Of a stretch of 64,000 nt of DNA, positions 1-10,673 are shown piece after piece. Both the position numbers and the translations under genes were made by a program. Within the stretch, counting starts at the first letter, position 1; every line of letters starts with the position of its first letter. Below the pieces are notes generated by a model. That model was given only the letters and a program-made list of their open reading frames with translations, made no database searches and had not been told where the DNA came from. The DNA lies in NCBI GenBank assembly GCA_963795085.1, contig CAWCFX010000001.1, positions 668,674 through 732,673 of the forward strand, written 5' to 3'. The stretch comes from an uncultured Gemmatimonadales bacterium. GTDB taxonomy: Bacteria > Gemmatimonadota > Gemmatimonadetes > Gemmatimonadales > GWC2-71-9.

Positions 1-325
1 TCATCTTGCCGTGGTAACGGAGGAGGTCTTCGTCGGTCCGGGAGACCGTGGCGCCGATGCCCAGCAGCCGCAGCTCCAGCTTGCGCAGCTTCTCATCGCC
101 CCCGGTGCTGGTATGGGCGATCAGGGTGCGGACCACCACGCCGCGGGCGACCGCTTCTCCCAGGGCCTCCTCGACCTCCGCATAGGCCAACCGGAAGATG
201 TACAGGTCGAGGGTCTTCCGGGCCCCGGCGATGGCCTCCAGCACCGGTTCCACGCTGTCTTCCGGCTGGACCAGGAGCCGCAGGGCCTTGCGGCCCCGCT
301 TGCCGTTCGACTTCAGGGACTTCAT
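1..325 (-). CDS. phospholipase D / cardiolipin-synthase-like (HKD) protein, N-terminal part only; gene runs off the window start
   Basis: Reverse-strand translation from the ATG at 325-323 reads MKSLKSNGKRGRKALRLLVQPEDSVEPVLEAIAGARKTLDLYIFRL...VVRTLIAHTSTGGDEKLRKLELRLLGIGATVSRTDEDLLRYHGKM. The final YHGKM is the start of an HxK(x4)D motif. It is absent from the ORF track because there is no stop inside the window. Confidence 0.6.
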   Translation of the reverse strand, partial: MKSLKSNGKRGRKALRLLVQPEDSVEPVLEAIAGARKTLDLYIFRLAYAEVEEALGEAVARGVVVRTLIAHTSTGGDEKLRKLELRLLGIGATVSRTDEDLLRYHGKM

Positions 326-426
326 CGGGGTGACGGGCGGCGGGGAGTCGGTGGGCAGGCAACCATGGACCTACTCTACACCCGGCAGGGGGCCGGGGCC
401 GTGATCCCAGTCCCCCTGCCGAAGGG

Positions 427-2388
427 CTACGCCGAAGTGGAGTCGGTCTGGGCGAGCAGGGCGTCCCGGAAGAACCCCGGCGGGATGGTGCCCATCCGCA
501 TGAAGCGCTCGTGGAACCGGCGCGCGCCCCCGGCCGGGTCGCGGGATTCGACGTCCCGCCGGAGTTGCTGGATCAGGTTCTTGCCCAGGTTGTAGGTGAC
601 TGCCTGGGTCGGCCACTTGCTGTAGCGGTAAATGGCCCGGAGGGCACCGTCACAGACCGCCCGGGCCTCGAGGTCCTCGAGGCCGGCCTGACAGGCGCCG
701 GGATGGAACTGGACGTGCTCGGTGTAGTAATCCATGGCCTCGGCGAAGCCCATCCGGCCGGTGTGCAGCCCTACGTCAATCCGGACCCGGGCGGCGCGCA
801 GCAACTGGCCCTGCACTTCATAGATCCGTTCAGCGGCCGAGTAGAACCCGTGGGGTCGCCCCGCTACGGGCTCCGCCATCAACTCCTCGCAATAGAGGCC
901 CCAGCCTTCCGTCGTCATCGAGTCCTGCCACATGGAGCTGGAATCCTCCACCGCCCCCGGGGTCAGCCACCGGATGTTGGAGATCTCCCCGGCATGCTGG
1001 GTCATGTACTTGAAGTGCCAGTCGTGGCCGGGGAAGCCTTCGTGCACCGCGGTGTCGGCGACCGAGGCCCGGTTGTTGAGCTTGAGCGCCGCCGGGTCGT
1101 TGTCCGTCGGGGTGAGGTAGAACCGGCCGACGCCGGCCTTCTTGAACGGCGGGGCGGGGTAGTACACCGCGTCGATGGTGCTGCGGAGCACGGGAGGGGT
1201 GGGCATCACGTCAAGGCGGTAGTCGGCGGGAATGTCGAACATCCGGTGCTCCCGCCCATAGGCGACCGCCCGCTCCCCGGCGCTTCGGTACCAGCGGAAC
1301 AGTTCATCGTCGTTGGCCGGCGAGTCCTGGGAAAGAAAGGCCATGACGGCGCGCACCGACCTCCGCCGATCCTGGTCGGAGCCGAACGGCAACGCCAGCT
1401 GGGCTTCCCGCGAGACTTCTTCCGCCACCTCGAACATCCGGGCCTCGTACATCGCCACCTGTTCGGCGCCGTAGTCAAACAACTCCCCCGGCGTCCGCTG
1501 GACCTGGAGACAGTTCGCCAGCCGCCAGGCGTATTCTTCCTCGCCCGCGGCAAACCGGTCGGCCCGGTCGGCGGGGTCGTAAGTCTCGTGGAAGAAGGCG
1601 GCCAGTCCGTGATACGCCGTGGCGGCGGCCGCAGCGGCGGCGGCGAGATCGCCCAGGGTCGCGGCGGCAAAGGGCCGTGACCCGAGGTACGTGCGGGCCT
1701 GGGCAGGCAGGGTGTCGCGGAAGTATCCGGCATTCGATTCGCTGCCCGAGATGCCGTCCCGCTGGATCATGCGCCGGTCCGGCAGGTTTCCGTTGCTCTT
1801 TCCCGCCAGCAGGTTGGTCCGGGCGGTGTCCACGTACGCGGGAATGGCCCGGAGCCGGCGGATGACCAGTTGCCATTCCTCCAGGCTGCCCAGCGCACCG
1901 CCGTCGAAGGGCTGCATCTGCTGGATTTGCCAGTCGATCCCCCGGAACGGTTCGGCCACATAGGTATCCACTGCCCGTTCTTGGTGACGACGGGCATCCT
2001 GGTGCAGGAGAAATCCGACCTGCGCCGCGAGCACGCCGTGGTCGATCCGGGCCTGGGGGCTCAGCGCCGTCGTGTCGATGGTGGCCAGTTCCCGCTGCAC
2101 ATCCTGGTGGAACCTCGTTTCCAGCCCCAGGGTTGCCGGGGTCCAGTCGCGCAGGCGCCCGTTGACCTCCGCGAGAGACGGGTGATAGCCATCGCCGCCC
2201 AGATAGGTCGAGGTGACCGGGTTGTACTCCAGCTCCTTGAGGAAGTACCGGTCCCGGAGCGAGGTCAGGGCGGGGTCGGCCTGGTGCACGGCCGGGGTTT
2301 CCTTGGGGGCGCAGGCCCCGAGGTGGCGGAGCACGCCGAACGCGGCGGCGGTCTGGGCGGAGCGATACAGAAAGCTGCGGCGGCGCAT
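427..2388 (-). CDS. DUF885 family secreted protein (metallopeptidase-like)
   Basis: 672-aa ORF 427..2445. HEGFPGHDWHFKYM resembles the DUF885 HExxPGHHxQ motif. The internal ATG at 2388 gives a twin-arginine-like signal, MRRRSFLYRSAQTAAAFGVL, so I prefer that start. The longest ORF start is 2445. Confidence 0.75.
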   Translation of the reverse strand: MRRRSFLYRSAQTAAAFGVLRHLGACAPKETPAVHQADPALTSLRDRYFLKELEYNPVTSTYLGGDGYHPSLAEVNGRLRDWTPATLGLETRFHQDVQRELATIDTTALSPQARIDHGVLAAQVGFLLHQDARRHQERAVDTYVAEPFRGIDWQIQQMQPFDGGALGSLEEWQLVIRRLRAIPAYVDTARTNLLAGKSNGNLPDRRMIQRDGISGSESNAGYFRDTLPAQARTYLGSRPFAAATLGDLAAAAAAAATAYHGLAAFFHETYDPADRADRFAAGEEEYAWRLANCLQVQRTPGELFDYGAEQVAMYEARMFEVAEEVSREAQLALPFGSDQDRRRSVRAVMAFLSQDSPANDDELFRWYRSAGERAVAYGREHRMFDIPADYRLDVMPTPPVLRSTIDAVYYPAPPFKKAGVGRFYLTPTDNDPAALKLNNRASVADTAVHEGFPGHDWHFKYMTQHAGEISNIRWLTPGAVEDSSSMWQDSMTTEGWGLYCEELMAEPVAGRPHGFYSAAERIYEVQGQLLRAARVRIDVGLHTGRMGFAEAMDYYTEHVQFHPGACQAGLEDLEARAVCDGALRAIYRYSKWPTQAVTYNLGKNLIQQLRRDVESRDPAGGARRFHERFMRMGTIPPGFFRDALLAQTDSTSA

Positions 2389-2488
2389 GGGACGCTCGGC
2401 GGATGCGGGAACCTTGAAGCTAGGGGAGACCGGGGGCGCCGGCAAACCCGATTATATTGTCACGGTCCATACCACGGAATTCGGTACC

Positions 2489-2878
2489 ATGAAGCTCGGA
2501 TGGATGCTCGCGCTGCTGGCCGCTGTCCCGCCGGGAACCCTCTCTGCCCAGTCGCCGGGAGATTCGCTGCCTCCGGGGGTGACGGCGGAGATGGTTGCCC
2601 GGGGCAAGAAGGTTTTCACCGGGGCCGGTGTCTGTTTCGCCTGCCACGGCACCGACGGCGAGGGGGTCAGTGCCCCGTCACTGACCGACAGTGTGTGGAT
2701 TCACAGCCGCGGCGAGTATGCCCGGATCGTAGAAAATATCCGGACCGGGTTTGACGCAAAGGCTTCCCAAACCGGTGTGGTGATGCCGCCCCGGGGCGGC
2801 TCAGCCATCAACGATGAAGACTTGCATGCGGTGGCCGCCTATGTATGGAGCCTGAGCCGCCGCCCTCCCAGCCCCTGA
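2489..2878 (+). CDS. class I c-type cytochrome (monohaem), secreted
   Basis: MKLGWMLALLAAVPPGTLSAQ signal peptide. Single CFACHG haem-binding CxxCH motif. A distal Met candidate occurs in GVVMPPRGG. This is the 3' part of ORF 2213..2878. Confidence 0.8.
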   Translation: MKLGWMLALLAAVPPGTLSAQSPGDSLPPGVTAEMVARGKKVFTGAGVCFACHGTDGEGVSAPSLTDSVWIHSRGEYARIVENIRTGFDAKASQTGVVMPPRGGSAINDEDLHAVAAYVWSLSRRPPSP

Positions 2879-4330
2879 TTGGCCACTCCGCTCGAACTCT
2901 CCCACGATGAAATGGTCCGGCTGGGCACCCGGGTCACCGAGGTGGTGGCCCGCCACCTCGCGAGCCTCCGCGAACAGCGGGTCTTCACGACGCTGACCCG
3001 GGTCGAGGCGGAACGGCTGGTCGGCGAAACGGCTCCGGAGCAGGGCACCGGTTTCGAGCAACTGGTGACCCAGCTGGAGGAACGTGTCCTTGCCTACTCG
3101 GCCCGGGAGCCGCATCCCGGGTTCATGGCCTACGTTCCCAGTTGCCCCACCTTTCCCGCCATCATGGGCGACTGGCTCGCCGCCGGGTTCAACTGCTTTG
3201 CGGGAGTCTGGTCGGTGGCGGCCGGCCCCAACGCGCTGGAACTGACGGTCCTCGACTGGTTCCGCACCTGGCTGGGAATGCCGCTGGGAACCTCGGGGTT
3301 GCTCACCTCCGGCGGCTCGGCGGCCACCGTCACGGCCGTGGTGGCTGCCCGGCACGGCGTGGTGCAGGACCAGCCGGGGCGGCTGGAGCGCACCGTCCTC
3401 TACACCTCGACCCAGGCCCACTCGTCGGTGACCCGGGCGGCGTGGATCGCGGGGATTCCCCGCGGTAACGTCCGGGCTGTTCCGGTGGACAGCGAATTCA
3501 GGATGGATGCCGGCGGGCTGCGCCGCGCGATCGCCGCCGACCGCGCCGCCGGATTGCTGCCCTGCTGCGTGGTGGCGAGCGCCGGGACGACCAACACCGG
3601 GTCCGTGGATCCATTACCGGAGATTGCCGGCATTTGCGAGGAGGCCGGCACCTGGTTCCATGTTGACGCCGCGTATGGCGGGTTTGCCGCGCTGACCGAC
3701 CGGGGGCGGGCTCTCCTCGATGGTATCGAGCGCGCCGATTCGGTGACCCTGGACCCCCACAAGTGGCTGTTCGTCCCCTTCGAGTGCGGCTGCCTGCTCG
3801 CCCGCGAGCCGGCCCGCCTCAGCGATGCGTTCCGGATTCTGCCGGAATACCTGCGGGACGTGGAGACCGACGGCGTGGAAGTGAATTTCGCCGACTACGG
3901 CGAACAGCTGACCCGCTACAGCCGCGCGTTCAAGGTTTGGCTGCCCATCCAATATTATGGCCTGGGTGCGCTCCGTTCCGCGATCGATACCGGCATCAAC
4001 CTCGCGGTCCACGCCGAGCGGCGGCTGCGCGAGGACCCCGCGTTCGAGATCCTTTCCCCCGCGAAGCTGGGGATCGTCTGTTTCCGGGCGCATCCTCCGG
4101 GCATGGACGACAATGTCGCGCTGGATCGGCTCAATGAGCGCCTCAACCAGGATGTCAACGCGGGGGGCCGCCACTTCATTTCTTCGACCCGGATAAACGG
4201 CTGCTTCTCTCTCCGGATTTGCATCCTGGGTTTTCGCACCCTGGAACAGGATGTGGACGATCTGGTTGCTGCTCTGCGTGACGCGGCTGCCCGCCTTCAG
4301 GCCGAAAGCGGCCGGCCGGACCTGCCCTGA
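2879..4330 (+). CDS. PLP-dependent group II decarboxylase (aromatic-L-amino-acid / glutamate decarboxylase family)
   Basis: 483-aa ORF. SVTLDPHKWLFVPFECGCLL contains the PLP-lysine HK motif typical of group II decarboxylases. The TTG start abuts the cytochrome c stop codon. An alternative ATG lies at 2912. Confidence 0.8.
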   Translation: MATPLELSHDEMVRLGTRVTEVVARHLASLREQRVFTTLTRVEAERLVGETAPEQGTGFEQLVTQLEERVLAYSAREPHPGFMAYVPSCPTFPAIMGDWLAAGFNCFAGVWSVAAGPNALELTVLDWFRTWLGMPLGTSGLLTSGGSAATVTAVVAARHGVVQDQPGRLERTVLYTSTQAHSSVTRAAWIAGIPRGNVRAVPVDSEFRMDAGGLRRAIAADRAAGLLPCCVVASAGTTNTGSVDPLPEIAGICEEAGTWFHVDAAYGGFAALTDRGRALLDGIERADSVTLDPHKWLFVPFECGCLLAREPARLSDAFRILPEYLRDVETDGVEVNFADYGEQLTRYSRAFKVWLPIQYYGLGALRSAIDTGINLAVHAERRLREDPAFEILSPAKLGIVCFRAHPPGMDDNVALDRLNERLNQDVNAGGRHFISSTRINGCFSLRICILGFRTLEQDVDDLVAALRDAAARLQAESGRPDLP

Positions 4331-4347
4331 TCGCCCTCCCGGATTTC

Positions 4348-5895
4348 CTAGGGTTGCAGCTCCTGGGCAAGGAAGGCCAGGGTCGTGCAGCTCCCCGGCA
4401 TCGCCTGCGCGGTGGTCCCCAGGATCTGGAGGCTGTGGTCCAGGCCCTGGAGCGGGAGGTAAGTCGCCGGCACCCCGGCCAGGTTGAGCGCGGACTTGAG
4501 CCAGGAAGAATGGCTCGGCGGCACCACCGGGTCGGCGGTGCCGTGGATCAGCAGCGCCAGGGGGTCGCCCGCGCTTGTATGCTGAATCGGGGAAGCCTTG
4601 GCTGCCACCGACGGCACATTGGCGGGGTTCCCACCCAGGAAGTCGATCACCATCGGCAGGCTGGCGGACGGAAAATTACCGGTCTGGCGCAGGTCGGAGG
4701 CGCCGGCATAGGCGACGACCGCCTTGATCGTGATCATCGCGCCTGAGGTGCCGCAGGGCCCGTCGAGGGACGTGACGTTGGCAGCCAGGCCCATCAACTC
4801 GGCGAGATGCCCGCCGGCCGATACCCCGAGCGCGGCGCCCCGGTTAGGGTCAAGGCTGTAGCTGGAGGCGTTGGACCGGATCCACCGAAGCGCGCACCTG
4901 AGGTCCTGGATTGCCGCTGGGAACCGATTGGTGTTCCCGGACACGAGGCGGTAATTCACCGAGAGCGCGGTATAGCCCGCCGCCGCAAGCTGCAGAATCT
5001 CATTCCGTAGGCTGGATTTGTCTCCCTTGAACCACCCACCGCCATGCACGAGGATCACCACCGGGTGAACACCGGGGGTCTTGGGCCACGCCACGTCCAG
5101 TTTCTGGGGAACACCGCCGGTGGTGGTGTAGGTGACATCGGTCGCCAGGTTGACACTCCCGGCTGCCGGCACCGCCGGGATCGGGCAGTTGGTGACGACA
5201 CTGACGGCCTCGGCTGGATTCCGCACCGTGACCGTGGCCGTCTGGCTCAACGCCACGCCGTTTGCGGTGACGCTCAGGGTCCGGGTACCGGCCACGGTGG
5301 CGGAGAACCGTGCGGTTGTTATTCCGGACCCATCGGTCGGCGCCGGGGCGGTGATCTGGTTGCCCGTGCCAGTGGCGCTGACGGTGACCGCCGCGTTGAC
5401 AACAGGCTGGCCCCCGGCATCGCGCACGATAACCGTGACAATCGCGACCCCCGAATCCTGGGCGATGGACGACGGGTTGACGGTGATCGTAGATGCGGTC
5501 GCGCTGGGCGGGTTGGCGGCTCCACCCTGGAGCGTAATGGCGGCGGTGTCGGCCTTGCCGCCCGCGGTGGCGGTGATGAGGGCTTGCCCGCTGGTAGCCA
5601 GGCTGGTCACCCGGCCGCTACTGTTGACGGAAGCCCGCGCCGGGTGCAGCGACTGCCAGGCGACCCCCACGTTTGCGGGTGGGATGGTCTTTCCTGCCTG
5701 GTCCTTTACGCTAACGGTCAGGGTCACCGAACTGCCCTGTCCGACAATCGTGTCAGCGGCCGGAGTGACCCGGACCGCGCTGACGGTAACGGCCTGGGCA
5801 ATGACAGAGTGTGGCTCGGATGGTCCGCTACGGTCAGCGTTTTCACAGCCCAGCGCGGCTAGCGCAAGGCATACTGTGGCAATCTTTGAACCCAT
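4348..5895 (-). CDS. lipoprotein with N-terminal bacterial Ig-like (Big_2-type) repeats fused to an alpha/beta-hydrolase (esterase/lipase) domain
   Basis: Lipobox LAALGC. Repeated VTVSA/VTVTA Ig-like segments. Oxyanion motif VILVHGGGW and nucleophile elbow GVSAGGH (GxSxG). Confidence 0.75.
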   Translation of the reverse strand: MGSKIATVCLALAALGCENADRSGPSEPHSVIAQAVTVSAVRVTPAADTIVGQGSSVTLTVSVKDQAGKTIPPANVGVAWQSLHPARASVNSSGRVTSLATSGQALITATAGGKADTAAITLQGGAANPPSATASTITVNPSSIAQDSGVAIVTVIVRDAGGQPVVNAAVTVSATGTGNQITAPAPTDGSGITTARFSATVAGTRTLSVTANGVALSQTATVTVRNPAEAVSVVTNCPIPAVPAAGSVNLATDVTYTTTGGVPQKLDVAWPKTPGVHPVVILVHGGGWFKGDKSSLRNEILQLAAAGYTALSVNYRLVSGNTNRFPAAIQDLRCALRWIRSNASSYSLDPNRGAALGVSAGGHLAELMGLAANVTSLDGPCGTSGAMITIKAVVAYAGASDLRQTGNFPSASLPMVIDFLGGNPANVPSVAAKASPIQHTSAGDPLALLIHGTADPVVPPSHSSWLKSALNLAGVPATYLPLQGLDHSLQILGTTAQAMPGSCTTLAFLAQELQP

Positions 5896-6129
5896 GTGCT
5901 GAAACCTCTATGCTAATGGCTCCCGCCTCGTGGAGTGCATCGCCCTCCGCGATACGGAATTCCCGGATTTGCAGGCAGGCACAGGCGCGCTTTCCCCGCC
6001 CGGCGATAGTGAATTTCCTGCACCAAGTTGTTCGCATCCAAGTTGATACATGCCGTACGCAGGGGCTGTGGCGGATGACCCGACTGGCCTGGGATCAGGG
6101 AACTCCCCATGGGATTGCCTGGCAGGGTG

Positions 6130-6170
6130 AAAAAGACCGCGCCCGCCGAATGCCGGCGGGCGCGGTTTTG
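6130..6170 (-). terminator. rho-independent terminator after the 6190..7038 gene (A-run and T-run on both sides, potentially bidirectional)
   Basis: 13-bp perfect GC-rich stem, ACCGCGCCCGCCG (6136-6148) pairing with CGGCGGGCGCGGT (6154-6166), with a 5-nt loop. On the minus strand it is followed by CTTTTT. Confidence 0.7.
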
Positions 6171-6189
6171 CTACGGTCTGGTCAGCGGA

Positions 6190-7038
6190 TCAGGGGCAGT
6201 GCGAAAAGCCCTCGTTGCCGTTGTTGTAGCTGTCCAGGAGGCTGGAGAGGGCGGTGAGTTGGCCCTTGCTGAGCGTTGAGCCGCCCGGGTTGAGGAAGTA
6301 AGCCGTGGCGTCGTCAAGCGCGCTCTGGATGTGCGCCGGCACCCCCGCCCCGTTGGCCTTGTTCAGCGTGGCGGCAATGAACTGGTGGCCCAGGATGTAA
6401 TAAACGTTGCCGCCCTTCGGCGCCGTTTTCAGGACGTTGAGCCAGCTCTGGCCGCTGCCGTAGAAGGTCGCGTTGGGAGAATGGCTCTGGGGCCAGGCGC
6501 TGGAGTGGTTCTTCCAGTAGCCCTGGGTATACGTGCAGCCACCGGGGGGCGGCGGCGGCGGAGGGACAACCGAGTTATAGAACTCCACCAGGACGCCCCG
6601 GTCGCCATTGAAGGCCGAGGTGTAGGTGGTCGTGCCGGTGATCGGCGAACCCCGTACCCCGGTGGGATTCCGGATGGTGTTGATCGTGGCCACGATGGAA
6701 TCCAGAACAATCCCGGGATCAGCGGTTTCCGTCGTGGTTACCGAGATGGTCCCGGCCCCCAGGATCTCGGTACTGGCCAACACCGCGCACTCACCTGCCG
6801 CGAGGGTGACGGAGGTGACCGGGCCGCTATTGATGCTGTATTCGAACGTGGCCGCGGTGCCGTGTTTGCAGACCTCGAACTCGCCGGTGTCCACGACACC
6901 AGGCGTCCCGCCGCCCACGGCAAACTGGGGGGTCATACCGCCGCCGGGCGCGGTGGGGTTGGAAACCTCGCTACAGCCGGCGAGGGCTGCGCCTAGAAAC
7001 AGGATGCATCCTGTTCCCCGAACTGCGGATCGGAGCAT
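6190..7038 (-). CDS. hypothetical lipoprotein with a poly-proline linker
   Basis: The internal ATG at 7038 gives MLRSAVRGTGCILFLGAALAGC, a signal with lipobox. It has a VVPPPPPPPGGC linker and a C-terminal GCTYTQGYWKNH... region. I could not assign a family. Confidence 0.6.
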   Translation of the reverse strand: MLRSAVRGTGCILFLGAALAGCSEVSNPTAPGGGMTPQFAVGGGTPGVVDTGEFEVCKHGTAATFEYSINSGPVTSVTLAAGECAVLASTEILGAGTISVTTTETADPGIVLDSIVATINTIRNPTGVRGSPITGTTTYTSAFNGDRGVLVEFYNSVVPPPPPPPGGCTYTQGYWKNHSSAWPQSHSPNATFYGSGQSWLNVLKTAPKGGNVYYILGHQFIAATLNKANGAGVPAHIQSALDDATAYFLNPGGSTLSKGQLTALSSLLDSYNNGNEGFSHCP

Positions 7039-7337
7039 ACTTGGCCTCACGGTATCTGGGGTGTTGAAACATCTGGGGTGGACGCCGGGCCATGATCGCA
7101 AGAGGAATACCGCAGTCGATGGCCGTTGCCATTTCTAGCTAAGCTGTTGTTATTCAACGATATCCATCTACCAAAACGAGAAACGTGGCCCCGGCTGTTG
7201 TGGCGGACCTCTGACAGGTCGGGGCGCCCGCGCTCCTGCAGTGCGCCCCAGTCGCCTCGCGGTTCTCGCGGTTGTGGATCGAAACGACGGACGCCGGAAC
7301 CGGTCCTGGCTCCCGGGGGAAAGGCCTGGTCCGCAAC

Positions 7338-9504
7338 GATGTTGGCGGGTTTTCAGGGGGACCCGTCCCGGCCTCGGTTGTATCGGCTCTCCATGATCGT
7401 TACATTGGTGCCGCCATCCCCCTGTCATGACCAGGAGTTCCACTCTGTCACACTCCACCCACGTTCGCTCCCGGTGGTGGGTCCGGTGAAAGAATCGGAG
7501 ACGGCTCCGGCGCCGACGCTGCCGGCCGAACTGGTCCAGATTCTCGTCGAGCTTAGTAACTCCCTCAACAAGCACACCATGTATCCTGCCGGCCATCCCA
7601 TGCTCGTGGGAGCGGCTGACAATTTCCTCGGGCTCCTGAACAAGCTGTTTGAAACCCGCGCGGCTCTCGCTCTGGGCGTGTCGCCCAGCCAGCTGATCGC
7701 CGGCGGCATTGCCACCGACCCCAGTCATATCATCCTGCGTGAACTGGCCGCCCGTCTGCACCGCCGGAATATCGGCGCGATCAAGTTCTACCGGGGGGTT
7801 CACCGCGACGAGCTGGTGGAAGCGCTGCTGTTTCTCTCGGCCGAGGACCGGCTGCAGGAAGGGGAATCGGCGCGGCGCTGGGCCCATATCCGCCTCCACC
7901 CGCTCTCCTACAGCGCGCTCGAGTTGATTGGCGAGGGCGGCCAGGCCGGCGGCAGCTCCTGGGCCGCCAAGCTGTGGCTGGACCTGAGCCGCGCCGCGCT
8001 GGAACGCGCGGACATGGTAGAAGGGGCCACCGATCCCGCCGGCATGGCCCGCGCGATCGACGCCCGGCAGTGGGATGACCAGTACGGCCAGCGCATCGCG
8101 GAGACCCTGACCGACCTGATGGAGGCCTGCCGGGCCCGGGGCGGGGCCGAAGCCATCGCGCTGCAGAGCCAGATTTCCCGGTTGATTTCCTCCATGTCGC
8201 CGGAGACGCTGGAGCGGCTGGTCATGCTGGAGCGCAACGAGGTAGAACGGCAACGGTTCCTGCTGGAGATCGCCCAGTCCATGGCGGTGGACGCGGTCAT
8301 GGACCTGGTGCAGGCCGCCTCCCGTGCCACCGGGCGAAGCATCTCCCCGGCGCTGGTGCAGTTGCTCGAAAAACTGGGCGAGCACAGCCGGCAGGGATCG
8401 GAGGCCACCCGGGAACGCGCCGAGTTCGCCTTTCGCAACCAGGTGCGGGAGTTGATCACCGGGTGGGAGGATTATGAATCCCGGGACCCGGCACCCCGCG
8501 ATCATCAGCGCACCCTGGCCCACCTTCACCTGGCCGGGATGAGTCCGCTGCGCGGTCATTCGTCGACCTACGAATGCGAGCCGGAGCGGATCCTGGCCAT
8601 GAGTCTCGAGCTGGGCACCGCCAACCAGTCTACCTACGCGGCTGCCGCCTACCTGATTCACCAGGGTAAGACCGCCAGGCTCAAGGATTACTTCGCGCGC
8701 TCTCCGTCGCCTGGCCTGGCTGGGGAGATCCTGAACGCGGTGGCCACCCCGGAATCCTTTCGGGCTCTGCTGGGCCGGGACCCGCTCGACATGTCGGGTC
8801 TCGAGTTGCTGGTGCCGCTCCTGGCGGAAGGGGCGATGGGTCCGCTGCTCGACGCCCTCGCGGCGGCGGAACCTCCGGAGCGACGGGACCAGTTGATCCG
8901 GATCCTGGTGCCGTTCGGCGAAACGGCCGGGGCGGAAGCACTCACCCGGCTGGAGGGCGCCGAATGGGCGGCCCAGCGCAACCTGCTCACGCTGATCACC
9001 CGGATGCCGGCCCCGCCGCGCGGGTTTTCTCCGGCCCTGTTCATCGATCACGCGGAGCCGAAAGTGCGGTCCGAGGCACTCCGAATTCTGTTCCGGGGGC
9101 CGGCCACCCGGACTCGCGCCATCTGCGAAGCGCTTTCCGCGAAGGACCCGGGGACCGTACGGCTCGGGGTCTTCGCCGCGGCCGAAGATTGTCCCGTGGC
9201 GGCGGTCCCCCTGCTGATCCCGCTGGTCGAACGGAGCGCCTTCGAGCCCGGTATCAAGGCCACGGCCATCCAGGCGCTGGCCCCGGTTCCCCAACCGCTG
9301 GTGCTGGAATGCCTGGTGGGTCTCTGCCTGATCCGGGGCCGCTGGTTCCGGCGCAGCCGGATCGCGGGGAAGTCGCCCCTGGTGCTGGCGGCGCTGACGG
9401 GCCTCAACCGTTACTGGGCCGACCACTCCAGGGCCCAGGAGCCGCTGGCCCTGGCCGCGGGCCATCCCGACCGCGATATCCGCGCGGCGGCGGAACGAAA
9501 ATGA
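7338..9504 (+). CDS. hypothetical regulatory protein: N-terminal domain paralogous to the N-terminus of the downstream HD-GYP protein, with C-terminal HEAT-like repeats
   Basis: ORF 7126..9504. LVELSNSLNKHTMYPAGHPMLVGAADNFLGLLNKLFE parallels LNSFVQTLATIRLYSPGHPQRSRAVDASFAQLANLLE of the next gene. C-terminal segments such as HAEPKVRSEALRIL and GHPDRDIRAAAERK look HEAT-like. The start is uncertain: ATG at 7338 or 7393, or GTG at 7474-7486. Confidence 0.6.
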
Positions 9505-10673
9505 GCGTCCGTCTCGCGGTGCTCTTCCTCAACTCGTTCGTGCAGACCCTGGCGACGATCCGGCTGTACAGTCCCGGGCATCCCCAGCGGTCCCGGGCGG
9601 TGGACGCGTCCTTCGCCCAGTTGGCCAACCTGCTGGAGTCAGACCCCTATCCCCGATTCTCCTTCCTCGAGCAGAGCGTCATCTATGGCGACAAGCCGGT
9701 GCACGATCTGCCCAAGTGGCCCTGGGCCCAGCGGCTGGCGGCGGTGGGCGTGCAGCGCATGGAGTTCGACAAGAATATCAGCCGGGAGGACTACGAGGGC
9801 TTCCTCGACCACGTCCTCAACCTGCTGACGACGACCGACGAGGGATTCCGCGCCAAGGGCCGGCGCACCACGGTCAAGTTCGGGCAGGTGGGGTTCCGCG
9901 AGGGCGAAGAAGTCGTGAAGGTCGAGAAGATCGCGGCCATCAAGAAAGCCTACACGCTCGATGAAGAGGTCGGCGTCGTCCAGTACCTGCAGCAGCGGGT
10001 GGCCGAGGGGGGCAAGATTCCAGCCGCCGAGGTGGAGACGGTGGTGCGGTCGCTGGCGGTGGCCATGCGGGAGGAGGACATCCTGATGGCGCCGCTGCTC
10101 GAACTCAAGAACATCGAGGAGTACGCCTCGGTCCACGCCGTCAATGTCGCGCTGCTGACCATGACCTTCGCCGAATCCATGGGCCTGGCCGAGGCCGACG
10201 TCCATGAATTCGGGGTGGCCGGGCTGCTGCACGACACCGGCATGATCCTGGTCCCGGCGGAGCTGAGCGCCAGGAAATCGCTGACCCCGGAGGAACGCGC
10301 CATCATGGAGGGGCATCCGGTGGAAGGCGCCCGGTTGATTCTCAAGCAGCAGGGCTCCGACCTGGCGGCGGCGGTAGCCTACGAGCACCATGTGCGGCCG
10401 GACGGCAACGGCTACCCCCGCTTCGTGTTTCCCCGCGAGTGCCATTTCGCCAGCAAGATCGTCGGGGTCTGCTCGGCGTACGACGCCCTCCGGATGGCGC
10501 GGCCCTACCGTCCCGCCTGGAACATGCACCGGGTGCTGGAATACGTGTATGAAGGGGCCGGGACCGTGTTCGACAAGGACGTGGCGTGGCACCTGGTGGG
10601 GATGATGCAGCGGCTGGAGAGCCGGATCGCGGGGCGGGGAGAGGTCAGGAATCCAGGGGAGCCGGGGGCGTAA
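9501..10673 (+). CDS. HD-GYP domain protein (putative c-di-GMP phosphodiesterase)
   Basis: The ATG at 9501 overlaps the upstream stop (ATGA). HD motif GLLHDTGM, plus EHHVRPDGNGYPRF (HHExxDGxGYP). Confidence 0.8.
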   Translation: MSVRLAVLFLNSFVQTLATIRLYSPGHPQRSRAVDASFAQLANLLESDPYPRFSFLEQSVIYGDKPVHDLPKWPWAQRLAAVGVQRMEFDKNISREDYEGFLDHVLNLLTTTDEGFRAKGRRTTVKFGQVGFREGEEVVKVEKIAAIKKAYTLDEEVGVVQYLQQRVAEGGKIPAAEVETVVRSLAVAMREEDILMAPLLELKNIEEYASVHAVNVALLTMTFAESMGLAEADVHEFGVAGLLHDTGMILVPAELSARKSLTPEERAIMEGHPVEGARLILKQQGSDLAAAVAYEHHVRPDGNGYPRFVFPRECHFASKIVGVCSAYDALRMARPYRPAWNMHRVLEYVYEGAGTVFDKDVAWHLVGMMQRLESRIAGRGEVRNPGEPGA

